This document shows positions 34,175-44,148 of a stretch of DNA of 64,000 nt, in pieces. The notes beneath the pieces were generated by a model that searched no databases, was not told the DNA's origin, and saw only the letters and a program-made list of their open reading frames with translations. The position numbers and the translations under genes are program-made. Numbering within the stretch: position 1 is the stretch's first letter; the number at the start of each line of letters is the position of its first letter. The stretch is taken from sequence record NC_042056.1. One strand, written 5' to 3'.

Positions 34175-36273
34175 TGGATGCTCGCCAAGTACACGTACGC
34201 GATCTCCGTAACCTGAACTCGGATCAGGTATGGCGACTACGCGGACGTTATGATGTAACGTTTGATGATGGTGTGACTCAACCGATGTCGGGTCGCCACA
34301 TCAAACTCAGTTGGCCGTACTGGGGCATCTCTCGATTCTATCCGCAAGTACCGACGCCTTCCACGATGTGTTATCGTCGCGGGGGTGAGTGGGCAACGGA
34401 TGATCGTCATATCGACCTGATGTCCGAAGCTGCTGTACTCGCCCGCAAAGCGGGCATTGATTTAGCCGATACCCGTTATCTGTTAAGTCAGCACATCTAT
34501 GCCGATGCGTTCAACCTGACAGTGAAGAACTTGCTGTCCTATTGTACGACCATCGACATCGATACCATGATGCAGATTTACGACCATCCTGATTATCAGA
34601 TTATCCACGAGTGGGCAAAGCAATACCCAAGTGGTTATGATGAAGAAGGGGTCGATAAGGTTAACGAAGCGTACGAGATTATCGAGCGCATCATTCGTTC
34701 ACCTGAGCTGTCAGACAACCCGGTGGCAATGTCGGTACTCGACAAAACCATCAAGATGGATCAGGTACTCCAAGCCTACGTGCGTGGTAAAACCTCTGAA
34801 ATCGATTCCCGTGTCTACTCGAATCAGGTATGGGAAGGGTTCTTCGGTGGTCTGAACTCGGTTATCAGCCGACTGAAAGAATCGGGTGCAACGTCACGTT
34901 CGCACCTGTACAACACCGACAAGATTGCGGAAGCAGAATACGGCTCCCGTAAACTCCAGCTCGCTGCAAACGTGCTGACCCACTTCACCTTAGATGACTG
35001 TGGTACCGAGCACGCACACGAACATACGTTCCGTGACACCAAAGAAAGCCAGACGCAATACGACGCCATGGTCGGGATGCGTTTCCGCTTCAACGGTGAA
35101 ACGGGGCCGTGGCGCGTGTTCGAGAAAGGCCGCTTCGAGGATGTGGTTGATAAGCCGCTCCTGTTCCGATCTGCCATGACCTGTCGCCATATGGCGAAAC
35201 AGGGTATTTGTGCAGTCTGTATGGGCGACTTGGTGTACAACCTGTCGGAGAAAACCTCACCGGGCCACTTGGCATCCACCTCCATCTCGGAGAAGGGTAC
35301 CCAAGGGATTCTCTCAACGAAGCACCTCGACTTCCTGCGTGAACTGTTTACGCTGGTTATCGGTGGGCGCATCAAAGGCTACTTCCGTGGCTATGAGAAA
35401 GGGTCAGAGAAAGGTCTGCGTTTACTCGACAAGCCGGAGTTCGGTACGTGGAGTGAATACTCACTGGTAGTATCTGAGAAGATGCACTCTGAGCTGAGTC
35501 AGGTGGCGTACTACGACAACCTCGAAGACATTGATGAAACCTCTCTGCCAGATGTCACAGACGTTACGTTTGTGCGTTTGAATGCAGATGGCGAACCGTG
35601 TGGCGGGGAATCACTGGATGTCCGTATGGGCGTCTGCGGGAACTTCTCGAAAGCGTTCTTGGCGTACTTCCTAAAAGTGCGTGACGAGATCCAGTTCATC
35701 CGCAAAGGTGAGATTCGTATTCCAATGAGTGGCTGGAAGCCGAAAGCGCCGTTCCTCATTTATACTAACCGTTCTGAATCCATGGCAGAGTTCGTTGCCG
35801 GTCTTGAGACCAAGCTGCGTTCTGTTGCTGCGGACAAGAACGAAACACCGATGGACTTCACCACGGATGCCACGGTGAAAATGAGTAAAGATGGTAAAGT
35901 TAAGACGCTTACCTTGGTGGAGATGGGTGGGTCTACCGAACGTCAATGTACCTTTGCGATGTTCGATACCTTCCGCTACATTAACCGTAAGCTGAAAGGG
36001 ATTCCGATGACACACATCGGCATCATGCTTGCCATTTCTCGTGTGGAAAGCCCCATCAATCCGTTCCCAGCGGTAGGGTTTGATAAGGAAACTGCCATTG
36101 ATGGTATGGGTAAACGGTTCTTAGACCACAATACGCTGATTGCGATTCGTAGTGCTGCCCCGATGTTGTTCTTCCAAGGTCAGCAAGACAATCTCAACCG
36201 CGTAGGGTTCTATACCACACGTAAGATTCCGGCGTCGTTGTATGACGGGTCATTCAAAACACGGTTGCATTAA
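34171..36273 (+). CDS. non-virion RNA polymerase beta-prime C-terminal subunit (phiKZ gp74-like)
   Basis: DDCGT, C..(GI)CAVCMG Zn site and trigger-loop-like SISEKGTQGILSTKH. Confidence 0.85.
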   Translation: MMDARQVHVRDLRNLNSDQVWRLRGRYDVTFDDGVTQPMSGRHIKLSWPYWGISRFYPQVPTPSTMCYRRGGEWATDDRHIDLMSEAAVLARKAGIDLADTRYLLSQHIYADAFNLTVKNLLSYCTTIDIDTMMQIYDHPDYQIIHEWAKQYPSGYDEEGVDKVNEAYEIIERIIRSPELSDNPVAMSVLDKTIKMDQVLQAYVRGKTSEIDSRVYSNQVWEGFFGGLNSVISRLKESGATSRSHLYNTDKIAEAEYGSRKLQLAANVLTHFTLDDCGTEHAHEHTFRDTKESQTQYDAMVGMRFRFNGETGPWRVFEKGRFEDVVDKPLLFRSAMTCRHMAKQGICAVCMGDLVYNLSEKTSPGHLASTSISEKGTQGILSTKHLDFLRELFTLVIGGRIKGYFRGYEKGSEKGLRLLDKPEFGTWSEYSLVVSEKMHSELSQVAYYDNLEDIDETSLPDVTDVTFVRLNADGEPCGGESLDVRMGVCGNFSKAFLAYFLKVRDEIQFIRKGEIRIPMSGWKPKAPFLIYTNRSESMAEFVAGLETKLRSVAADKNETPMDFTTDATVKMSKDGKVKTLTLVEMGGSTERQCTFAMFDTFRYINRKLKGIPMTHIGIMLAISRVESPINPFPAVGFDKETAIDGMGKRFLDHNTLIAIRSAAPMLFFQGQQDNLNRVGFYTTRKIPASLYDGSFKTRLH

Positions 36274-36314
36274 TACAGAGGGGCAGATGCCCCTCTTTTT
36301 TTGTAGAGGGGTAT

Positions 36315-38021
36315 ATGCAGCAGATTAACATCACGCACACCACCATGGGGGTGCGAATTGAAGTTCCTATCCGACCCGTTGAGATTGCTATCAAGACATG
36401 GGCGGAACGGAATCTGCACGCCCCGAAAATGGGAAAAGAGCGCGGCAAGATTACCGTGGAACAAGGAGATGGCTACTACGCCCACATGGAAGGCGCACGT
36501 AGCTTTATCTTTCACAAAGCCCACCTTGAGGAAATCCTCTCCATTATCAAGAACGCTATCATTGAATACCGTCTTGAGGTGGAGGTTAAGCACCACAAGG
36601 TCGAGCGGGCGGAGCCTTACCGTTGCACATTTGAAAACTTCGGTACGCCGATGGTAGTGGACGATCCTGAATCACGCTTCTATTACCAGAACGACGTGGT
36701 AGAGAAAGCGCTTGATCCGAACCGTCTCCAGACCATCTTTGCCATCGATACTGGCCGTGGGAAAACGAAGTCGTTGCAAAAGGTGATGGTGCGTAAGAAA
36801 GTGCGTACCGCCCTCATCATGCGCCCGACGTATGTGGACAAATGGCTGTTCGATATCTGCGAAGACCCGACTGGGTTGCAGATTGACAAAGACAAAGTTC
36901 TGGTCTGTCGTGGCGTCCAAGGGATTATTGAAGCCTACGAGATGGGTATCAGTGGGGAGTTAGACCGTCGGGATATCCGGGCGATTATCTTCCCAACCGT
37001 TTCGCTGCAATTGTTCCTGAAAGAGTACATCAACACCGGCCACTCAATGGGGATTGACATTGAGCGGTTCTACGATGTGATGGGTGTGGGTCTGATCGGA
37101 ATGGATGAGGTGCATGAGCATTTCTATTTGGTGTATCTGGCTGGGATTATCCTGAACCCATGTGCATCGATTGAAATGTCAGCCACCTTAGAACCGGGTG
37201 CCGCGAAGACGTTTATCATCGCGCGCTATCTGGAACGTTTCCCAGTCGACTTACGGCTGTCCGTTGAACGTATTAAGGTTGTTGATATCCGCGCGTTCTA
37301 CTACACGCTGGATGATAAGAAGTTGGCGTGGTGGGCGACAAAGATGTCCCCGTACAACCACAAGTTGTTTGAAGGTAAGTTGATTCGCGAAGGCTTCCAC
37401 GTTTCGTATTGTGAGATGTGGTGGAATCTGATCGAGAAGGTCTATCTGTCCAATTACCAACCGGGACAGAAAATCATCATCTTGTTCTCAACCGTTGACA
37501 TGTGTGAGTTCTTTACCCAGTTCCTGCATCAGAAGCTGGCGGGGAACGAACAGTTCAGCGAGTTGATGGTGGCGAAGTATAACGGTGGTGATTCGTATGA
37601 TGACTTCATCATGGCGGAGTTTGGTGTCTCTACGCCGAACAAAGCCGGTACCGCGATAGACAAACCGGGTATGGTCCACATGATTGTGACAGTGCCAGTT
37701 GATGACCAACAGCTGAACTTACAGATTGCCGGACGTCCACGTCCTGTGCGTGAGGTGTTCGGTTGGGACATGAACCCAATTGTGTGGTTCGGGCATTGCA
37801 TGAACATTGCTAAACACGGTACGTACCTGAACTCACGTATGCGTTCGCTGCGCGACACGGTATTGTCATTCAAGGTTGCGACTTCCCCTTATGTTGTAAG
37901 GAAAACGTATGATAACGCCCCCACTTCCAGCCGCCCCAACAGCCCCTTACGCCGGATTGACGTTGGCAGACTTTCTCGTAAAGGTTCTAAGGGCCTATCC
38001 CGGCGCAGAAAGCGCCGCTAA
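36315..38021 (+). CDS. superfamily 2 helicase (phiKZ gp75-like)
   Basis: Walker A TGRGKT, DEVH, SAT and QIAGRPR. Confidence 0.85.
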   Translation: MQQINITHTTMGVRIEVPIRPVEIAIKTWAERNLHAPKMGKERGKITVEQGDGYYAHMEGARSFIFHKAHLEEILSIIKNAIIEYRLEVEVKHHKVERAEPYRCTFENFGTPMVVDDPESRFYYQNDVVEKALDPNRLQTIFAIDTGRGKTKSLQKVMVRKKVRTALIMRPTYVDKWLFDICEDPTGLQIDKDKVLVCRGVQGIIEAYEMGISGELDRRDIRAIIFPTVSLQLFLKEYINTGHSMGIDIERFYDVMGVGLIGMDEVHEHFYLVYLAGIILNPCASIEMSATLEPGAAKTFIIARYLERFPVDLRLSVERIKVVDIRAFYYTLDDKKLAWWATKMSPYNHKLFEGKLIREGFHVSYCEMWWNLIEKVYLSNYQPGQKIIILFSTVDMCEFFTQFLHQKLAGNEQFSELMVAKYNGGDSYDDFIMAEFGVSTPNKAGTAIDKPGMVHMIVTVPVDDQQLNLQIAGRPRPVREVFGWDMNPIVWFGHCMNIAKHGTYLNSRMRSLRDTVLSFKVATSPYVVRKTYDNAPTSSRPNSPLRRIDVGRLSRKGSKGLSRRRKRR

Positions 38022-38289
38022 GGCATTGTGTCAGGACCCGGTGATTAACCGGGCCTTTCACTATTACACGATTACGGAACACTTCACATCCTGCTTTATC
38101 ATGCAGCGTGGGTTAACGTATTTCGTCACTCGTACGTCCAGTATTCGTGGTACTGCGGCGTACGAACTTTATTCTTACGAACTGTGGAACAACAATCCCG
38201 CAGGGAATACCGATGAAAACCCGAAGGTGGCCTACCGCCTCTTCTCGGACAAATGGCATGATTGGGTGACTGTACCACATAACGGTTAA
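37909..38289 (+). CDS. hypothetical protein
   Basis: Overlaps the helicase 3' end; the true start may be further downstream. Confidence 0.55.
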   Translation: MITPPLPAAPTAPYAGLTLADFLVKVLRAYPGAESAAKALCQDPVINRAFHYYTITEHFTSCFIMQRGLTYFVTRTSSIRGTAAYELYSYELWNNNPAGNTDENPKVAYRLFSDKWHDWVTVPHNG

Positions 38290-38343
38290 TTACACGGTTA
38301 GTGTATATTGTGTAGAGTCACTTTCATTAATAAGGAATATCCG

Positions 38344-38955
38344 ATGTCTCGTCGTAAAAAGCAGCCTGGTTTTAGCCCGCGTGAAGCAGCACGCGAACGT
38401 GTCCGTAGCATCATGCGTGGCATGAACACGACTGAGAATGTTTTCCTCGGTCATTCGAAAACGCACGCCGAGAAAATCGACCGTGAGTTTGAACGTATCA
38501 ACTCGCTGATGGGCGAAGACCTGAAAGCGTATTTGACGGAGTGGTTAAAGCACTCACAGGCTGCCTTCTTGGGTGCCATGCACGACTTCAAAACGCGCCT
38601 GTTTGCGGTGCGTACTGATGCCGATGCAAAGGCAACCAAACTGATGGCGGTCATCGACGGCCACAAGTGGGACGAAATCAAAGATGTCGTGATTGTGGCT
38701 GAGCTGGAACTGGCGGACTTTGACATTCAGGTGGACAACGTGGCACAGGAAACCCTGCTGTCTATCGTTGAAGCCGGTGCGGCGTATGAACAGCGTCGTG
38801 AATGTGTCCGCGTGGGCCTGAACAACAACTGGACCCATGAAGCAATCCTGACCAAGCTGCGCGAGCTGGATGCCCAAGCTGCCGCCGAAGCACTGGCAGC
38901 GGCAGAAGCAGCAGCTGAATCTGTAGTAGAGCAAGAGGAACCTGCGAATGTCTAA
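38344..38955 (+). CDS. helical hypothetical protein
   Basis: AAGGA RBS before ATG 38344. Confidence 0.75.
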   Translation: MSRRKKQPGFSPREAARERVRSIMRGMNTTENVFLGHSKTHAEKIDREFERINSLMGEDLKAYLTEWLKHSQAAFLGAMHDFKTRLFAVRTDADAKATKLMAVIDGHKWDEIKDVVIVAELELADFDIQVDNVAQETLLSIVEAGAAYEQRRECVRVGLNNNWTHEAILTKLRELDAQAAAEALAAAEAAAESVVEQEEPANV

Positions 38956-40978
38956 CGATCCGCGTCCGTCGTTCGGTGCTGCCGAACCGGAAACGGCTGA
39001 GGTGCGACTTCCTCCGCGTGACACCCTTGTGGGTAAGTCCGCGGAAGAGGTGGCCTTCGAGCTGGTAAAACTCAATCCCACTTTTTCTTTTGCCGAAGCA
39101 ACTGAACGCGCGAAAAGTCTGGTGATGTTAAATGCCCCGGTAGAAGATACCCCACCCCCTGTGGTGGATGTACTCGATCAACCGATGATTCGTGAAGCGT
39201 CACCAGAAAACCTAGCGGCCCTGCAAAGCACTGAGAACCAACTGGAGCAGCCGGTCAAGCTTGATCTCTCTCCGGCACAGCCCGCAGTTGTTGAACCTGC
39301 GCCGCAGCCAGCGGTACAGCCGCGTGCTGAGCATATTGCTGAGCCACCACCGGTTGTGCGTCAAGAACCGGCCCCGCAACCCGCGCCTGTTAAAGCGGAA
39401 GTGATCCCGGCTCCGGCACTCGATGCCGAAGATACTCCGGCTGACCGCGATGAGCAGACGCCGAACCTCTCAAAAGAGAAACGTCGTCAGATTGATTTCG
39501 GGCCAGAACCGCACCGTGCTGAAATTGCCAGCATGGACCCGGAAGACCCACATCGTGTGCTGACTCAAAGTGATGAGCTGGTCGGTACTACATTGCCGCT
39601 GGCCGGTGAGCAGGAAGTCATGCAGTTCTTCGCCAGCATCCCACGTAATCGTGAAGGGCGTCCGATGTTCCGTTCAGCCGCCGAAGAGGAGCGTTATCAG
39701 AAGCTCTTTACGGCGCTGGAACTGACCCCGCCTATCATGATTAACAACCGCGCTGCGTTTGACATGGCGTTGGAGCGTGAAGATACGTCGTGGCAACAGA
39801 CCATCCAACTGTCGAACGGTAAGTATGTCTCTGCGGTCACCGACCGTGGTGCAAATGCCCAAGGTGCGATGGCTGCCCTGCGTCGTCGTCGTGGTTCCGG
39901 TTCTCCGGTCTCAGTGTGGTTGCCTGCAACCGGTATCTTTGTCGGTTTCCGTGCCCCGCATGAAAACGACATGTGTGACTTCGACATTCGTATCACGTCA
40001 GAACAGTCGAAAATCGGGATGTTCACTTACGGTCTGCTGTTGGCCTCGTCTTCGGGCGTGTATCTCCAGCACATGATCGAACACTCGCTGAACTTTGCGG
40101 TGGACACCACGTACGACTGTCAGGGTCTGGACATTAAGACCGCCCTGATGGACATCGTGGATGTGGACGACTACTGGCTGCTGGTCATTGGCCCATTGAT
40201 GGCGAAGTTCCCAGCGGGTATTCCGTGGAAGCTGCTGTGCCCTAACCACGAATGTGGTCATGAGCGTGAAGTGCGTCTGAATCTGGCCCGCTGTATCCGT
40301 ATGGCAGATGGCCTGTTCTCTGACCTGCACCGTTCGCTCTGGCTGCGCCAGCGTGGTAAAGGCCCGGATGCAATTATCGGCAACGCCGAGTATCTGGAAT
40401 ACCGCAAAGAGCTGCCGAAGTCCAAAGCCGCCCGTTTCCATTACGAGCAGCTGGGTATCACGGTAGAGTTCGGTCGTTCGACCATCGGTCAGTTCATTGA
40501 CAACACCAATGCGTGGGTAGAGAAGATTAACAGCTCTGCCACGAACGCACTGGCGAACCATGCAACTGAAACCGAGCGCTCGCAATACATCCGTCTGGCT
40601 GCTGAGAACCGCCGCCTGACCCGTTATGCGACACACGTTAAAGCCATCATCGTTGAAGAGACGGTGAAAGGTGAACCGGTTGAGACCCGCGAAGAAGATC
40701 CAGACCGTATTTTCGAAATGTTAGAAGAACTCTCTTCTGACCGCATGTACGTGCTGGCATTTGAAAACGCGCTGTCCACTTACAACGAAGAATCGCGCAT
40801 GGCCGTGTTTGGTTACATGGGTCACGCGTGTCCGAGCTGTAAGACCGGAGAGGGTGAAGAAGACGGTCCGTTCCGTGGTATTGTTACCATTAGCCCGGAC
40901 AAGGTTTTTTTCGCGCTATCTCGTGTGGTGTTCGAGATACAGAGAGTCTACTTACAACAATTCGAAAATATTGGATAG
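38948..40978 (+). CDS. conserved protein, candidate tail/baseplate assembly chaperone
   Basis: P/A/E-rich N-terminus, CPNHEC and CPSC, and KVFF encoded by a slippery T7 run. Confidence 0.7.
   Translation: MSNDPRPSFGAAEPETAEVRLPPRDTLVGKSAEEVAFELVKLNPTFSFAEATERAKSLVMLNAPVEDTPPPVVDVLDQPMIREASPENLAALQSTENQLEQPVKLDLSPAQPAVVEPAPQPAVQPRAEHIAEPPPVVRQEPAPQPAPVKAEVIPAPALDAEDTPADRDEQTPNLSKEKRRQIDFGPEPHRAEIASMDPEDPHRVLTQSDELVGTTLPLAGEQEVMQFFASIPRNREGRPMFRSAAEEERYQKLFTALELTPPIMINNRAAFDMALEREDTSWQQTIQLSNGKYVSAVTDRGANAQGAMAALRRRRGSGSPVSVWLPATGIFVGFRAPHENDMCDFDIRITSEQSKIGMFTYGLLLASSSGVYLQHMIEHSLNFAVDTTYDCQGLDIKTALMDIVDVDDYWLLVIGPLMAKFPAGIPWKLLCPNHECGHEREVRLNLARCIRMADGLFSDLHRSLWLRQRGKGPDAIIGNAEYLEYRKELPKSKAARFHYEQLGITVEFGRSTIGQFIDNTNAWVEKINSSATNALANHATETERSQYIRLAAENRRLTRYATHVKAIIVEETVKGEPVETREEDPDRIFEMLEELSSDRMYVLAFENALSTYNEESRMAVFGYMGHACPSCKTGEGEEDGPFRGIVTISPDKVFFALSRVVFEIQRVYLQQFENIG
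40906..40939 (+). other. putative -1 ribosomal frameshift signal
   Basis: T TTT TTC in the correct frame plus a 7-bp hairpin at 40917-39. The -1 frame is open from 40894 to 41385. Confidence 0.65.
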
Positions 40979-41016
40979 ACGCCGACGACGTTCCAGCCGA
41001 AGCTATTATCACTGCC

Positions 41017-41385
41017 ATGAAGCTGGACACCACCTCGCTGTTCAAACGGCGAGACAGTCGACCTATCACGTATCAAGAAGCGCATGACGAGCTACTCTCC
41101 ACGTACGACGGGATACTCGGGTTAGAGACCGGTGAGAACAACATCAGTGTCTCTGACTTCGAGAACCCTATCAACCAGAGCTTGTATGAAATCTGGGCGA
41201 CCACGTACGTGCGTGAAGGTATCAAGGAGCTGTTTGGTTACGACCTTGATACCTGGCTTGATAGGCCGCGTTGGAAGTTGATGAAGCATCTGGAAATCGC
41301 AAAACGTCGTCGCGCAGAGCTAGACAATGCTAAGAAAGGCGCAATCCCGCCAGAACTTGAGAAAGAACTGAAAGGGCGCATCTAA
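41017..41385 (+). CDS. conserved protein, probably the C-terminal part of a frameshift fusion
   Basis: No RBS before ATG 41017; the frame is open upstream through the slippery site. Confidence 0.65.
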   Translation: MKLDTTSLFKRRDSRPITYQEAHDELLSTYDGILGLETGENNISVSDFENPINQSLYEIWATTYVREGIKELFGYDLDTWLDRPRWKLMKHLEIAKRRRAELDNAKKGAIPPELEKELKGRI

Positions 41386-41444
41386 GGGAGCTTCGGCTCC
41401 CTTATATTTTTTTGTTGTTATGAGACCCATTTTAGGAAACCGTC

Positions 41445-42299
41445 ATGACTGACTTATACGAAGACTATGCCGACACACTCGGTCTGGTGAGACAAGAAGG
41501 CCGTCTGGCCCCGGTGTTAGACTTAGTGTCGTTAGCTATCGAGTATGGTTACGATACGACGCTGATGGACATTTATACCGGTCAAATCCCGGACATGAAC
41601 GAAGAGTGTCTGCGGCTGGAAGCGCTGATTAACCGTTGTGCCTGTGCATTGGCGCAGCGTCTGGGTGTGGGCTTGAACCCACAGGTGGCTTACCGTAAAC
41701 CAAAAGAAGTCGTGCGCATCCTTCACGGCCTGACGTCTGCCTTCGAAGAGTTCGAAGACACCGATACCCTGTACGGGATTCTGTTGTCGGGTGAACCGCC
41801 TGCGTACATTCTGGAAAACATGGTGCGTTATGTGTACGGGGATAATGACATCCACTTCGAAGACCTTATTGTCGTGGTGGAGCCGCGTGTCATGAACGTG
41901 ATGCGCAACTTCCTTGCAGCTACGTCTGCTGAACAGCAAGCCGAAGGTACCGATAACCCACGCACCCAACGTGTGGTGCAATACCTGCGTGTGTATCCGC
42001 AGAACCCGTCGGCTTACGTGTTCCTGAACCTGAGCGACACCTCTGACATTAATAGCGTCATCAGTGCGCTGGATTTCAGTGAAGAGGGTGGTGTCGGGGA
42101 AAGTGAACTGCTCACCATCTACGCGGTAGGACTATCCATCATTGAGAACGATACCTTTGATGAAGCCTACGCAGCGCTGGAAGGGATGCTCGAGCTGATT
42201 AACAGCGATGAAGCCCCAGAAGACCCTATCCTGCGGGATGGCTTAGCAGGCTTGAAATCAATTTACGGGGAAGAGGAGCAAACTGATGAACCGGATTGA
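41445..42299 (+). CDS. conserved acidic protein, probably virion-associated
   Basis: 284 aa, AGGA RBS, TATG upstream. Confidence 0.7.
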   Translation: MTDLYEDYADTLGLVRQEGRLAPVLDLVSLAIEYGYDTTLMDIYTGQIPDMNEECLRLEALINRCACALAQRLGVGLNPQVAYRKPKEVVRILHGLTSAFEEFEDTDTLYGILLSGEPPAYILENMVRYVYGDNDIHFEDLIVVVEPRVMNVMRNFLAATSAEQQAEGTDNPRTQRVVQYLRVYPQNPSAYVFLNLSDTSDINSVISALDFSEEGGVGESELLTIYAVGLSIIENDTFDEAYAALEGMLELINSDEAPEDPILRDGLAGLKSIYGEEEQTDEPD

Positions 42300-43584
42300 G
42301 TATTTGATTGCTGCGTGTAATGCCGAGGCGTGGCGACGACTCGTCTGGCGTATTGGTTTGTTCAACGTCTGTATCTTTCCCGAAGCGCATGAGCGACCGG
42401 AACAGTATGACCTGAACTTCATTGAAGGGATGGCGCATTACTGGGACGAGGTGAATGGCCACTGGGAGTGGGTGCCGATTAAGGACGCTGTAAAGGACGC
42501 TGAGCTGTTTGTGCCTGAAATGCGATTCCAGCTACCGGTTGGTGGTTATCCGGGCTTAGAGAGCGCGGTAGAGACGTCTGTGGGGCGTTACGTCCTGAAC
42601 TGGATCGTCATCTATTACGCTTTTGAGAAACGGATGCCGTATCTGGAAACTGGCCACCCGATGGACATCCGTAAAGAGATGTACAGTCGTTGTGTGGACT
42701 ACGAGGAAGATGACCCGGAGAACGTGGGTGCTATCCGTCCGAGTATGGTTGACCGGTTCGTTAACGGTCTGGCCGAACTGGCCCCACTGGCCAAAGCGAT
42801 TGCCCCGACCGGTACACTACGTTCATGGACGGTTCACCCCGACACGTACAAAATCCGTGATGCCCTGCTTGAGAAACACAAAGACGAACTGGATAACCCG
42901 GCCGTCATCGTGAAGATTGAACAGGCGCTGGATGAGCTCGATAGAGAGTGGTTGTCCGGTGACCAGTCTGTGCAGTATTACTCCTCGAAGAAATCCCGCA
43001 TGCGCCGTCGTAAGCTGATGCTGATGTACGGGATTGAATCCGCCTTCCAGGAAGGCGCGGACTTTACCCTGATACCGAATGCGCTGGTTGAGGTGGATAA
43101 AGAAGGGCTCAAGAATTTGGTCGCGAAGTATAACTCGATTCGTGACGGGTCATTCTCCCGTGGTGCAGAAACCGCGAAAGGGGGCGAGCAGGTACGTATC
43201 ATCCAGATGATTTTCCAGAACCACAAAATCGTGGAAGGTGATTGCGGCACGAAGCTCGTCCATCAGGTCTTTATCACCGAACTCAATGTGAAGCGTTATC
43301 TTGGCATGAACGCCATGGTCAATGGCAAGCTGACACCGATTACCGACGGCTTCCTGAAAGCCAATCTGGGCAAAATCATTAACCTGCGACGCCCCATCCT
43401 ATGTCAGATGGGTCACGTTGACTGCTGCGCGGCTTGTGCCTCGAATGAGAAAGCCAAAGAACCGCGCGCAATTGCCGCCGATATTTCTACCGCGTTCTCA
43501 AACGTCATGGGTGTGGCAATGGCAAAAATGCACGGTTCTGACACCGTGGTCGTCGAGTTCAAACCCAAACTTCACATCACTTAA
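42286..43584 (+). CDS. virion RNA polymerase beta-prime middle subunit (phiKZ gp80 / SPN3US gp42-like)
   Basis: EGDCGT, LRRPILC and DCCAAC Zn site, AETAKGG; synteny. Confidence 0.75.
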   Translation: MNRIEYLIAACNAEAWRRLVWRIGLFNVCIFPEAHERPEQYDLNFIEGMAHYWDEVNGHWEWVPIKDAVKDAELFVPEMRFQLPVGGYPGLESAVETSVGRYVLNWIVIYYAFEKRMPYLETGHPMDIRKEMYSRCVDYEEDDPENVGAIRPSMVDRFVNGLAELAPLAKAIAPTGTLRSWTVHPDTYKIRDALLEKHKDELDNPAVIVKIEQALDELDREWLSGDQSVQYYSSKKSRMRRRKLMLMYGIESAFQEGADFTLIPNALVEVDKEGLKNLVAKYNSIRDGSFSRGAETAKGGEQVRIIQMIFQNHKIVEGDCGTKLVHQVFITELNVKRYLGMNAMVNGKLTPITDGFLKANLGKIINLRRPILCQMGHVDCCAACASNEKAKEPRAIAADISTAFSNVMGVAMAKMHGSDTVVVEFKPKLHIT

Positions 43585-43595
43585 AAGGATATATC

Positions 43596-44105
43596 ATGTC
43601 TCAGCCAGTTAAAGACACGAGCACCCAAAATGCTGCGCGTCCTGAAACCCTTTCCGTCACCGGTCCAACGTATGGCAACGATGAACAGAGTCAAGTTAAA
43701 CTGATTGCCGATATGCTGGACACTGCTGGTAACACCGTTGGCCGTAACAAGTCACCGAGTGCACAGAAGAAAGCGGAAGCGTACGGTCAGCTGCACAATG
43801 CGTTCCGTAACCTGTTCAAACTGCGTGGCCAAGCGTTCCTCGATGGCTTCGCATGTTTCGTAACCGCCGTGAACAAATACCCGGACGGGATTTTCTATCT
43901 GCCACTGGTTAACGAAAACCTGTCAGACTTCAGCAATCAGGCTGAGCGTGAAGTGTTCATGATCTTCATCAACAACACCGTGCGCTTCGCGCGTTCTGCG
44001 AACAAAGCGAGCTTCGGCCAGCTTAGCAACATCGATCGTCTGACCTCGCGGATGTCTGACCCGGAACTGCGCAGCTTGCTGCGTGCTGCGTTCCTCGTCG
44101 AATAA
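43596..44105 (+). CDS. conserved hypothetical protein
   Basis: AAGGA RBS, 169 aa. Confidence 0.75.
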   Translation: MSQPVKDTSTQNAARPETLSVTGPTYGNDEQSQVKLIADMLDTAGNTVGRNKSPSAQKKAEAYGQLHNAFRNLFKLRGQAFLDGFACFVTAVNKYPDGIFYLPLVNENLSDFSNQAEREVFMIFINNTVRFARSANKASFGQLSNIDRLTSRMSDPELRSLLRAAFLVE

Positions 44106-44114
44106 AAAATAAAG

Positions 44115-44147
44115 CTACCTACTCCCGATGGAGTAGGTAGTCTTTTT
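44115..44147. terminator. bidirectional terminator
   Basis: CTACCTACTCC/GGAGTAGGTAG stem between convergent genes. Confidence 0.75.
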
Positions 44148-44148
44148 A

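Noticed and set aside
37909-38021. Frameshift linking the helicase to the overlapping ORF
   Set aside because: No slippery heptamer in register. An internal start explains the overlap.
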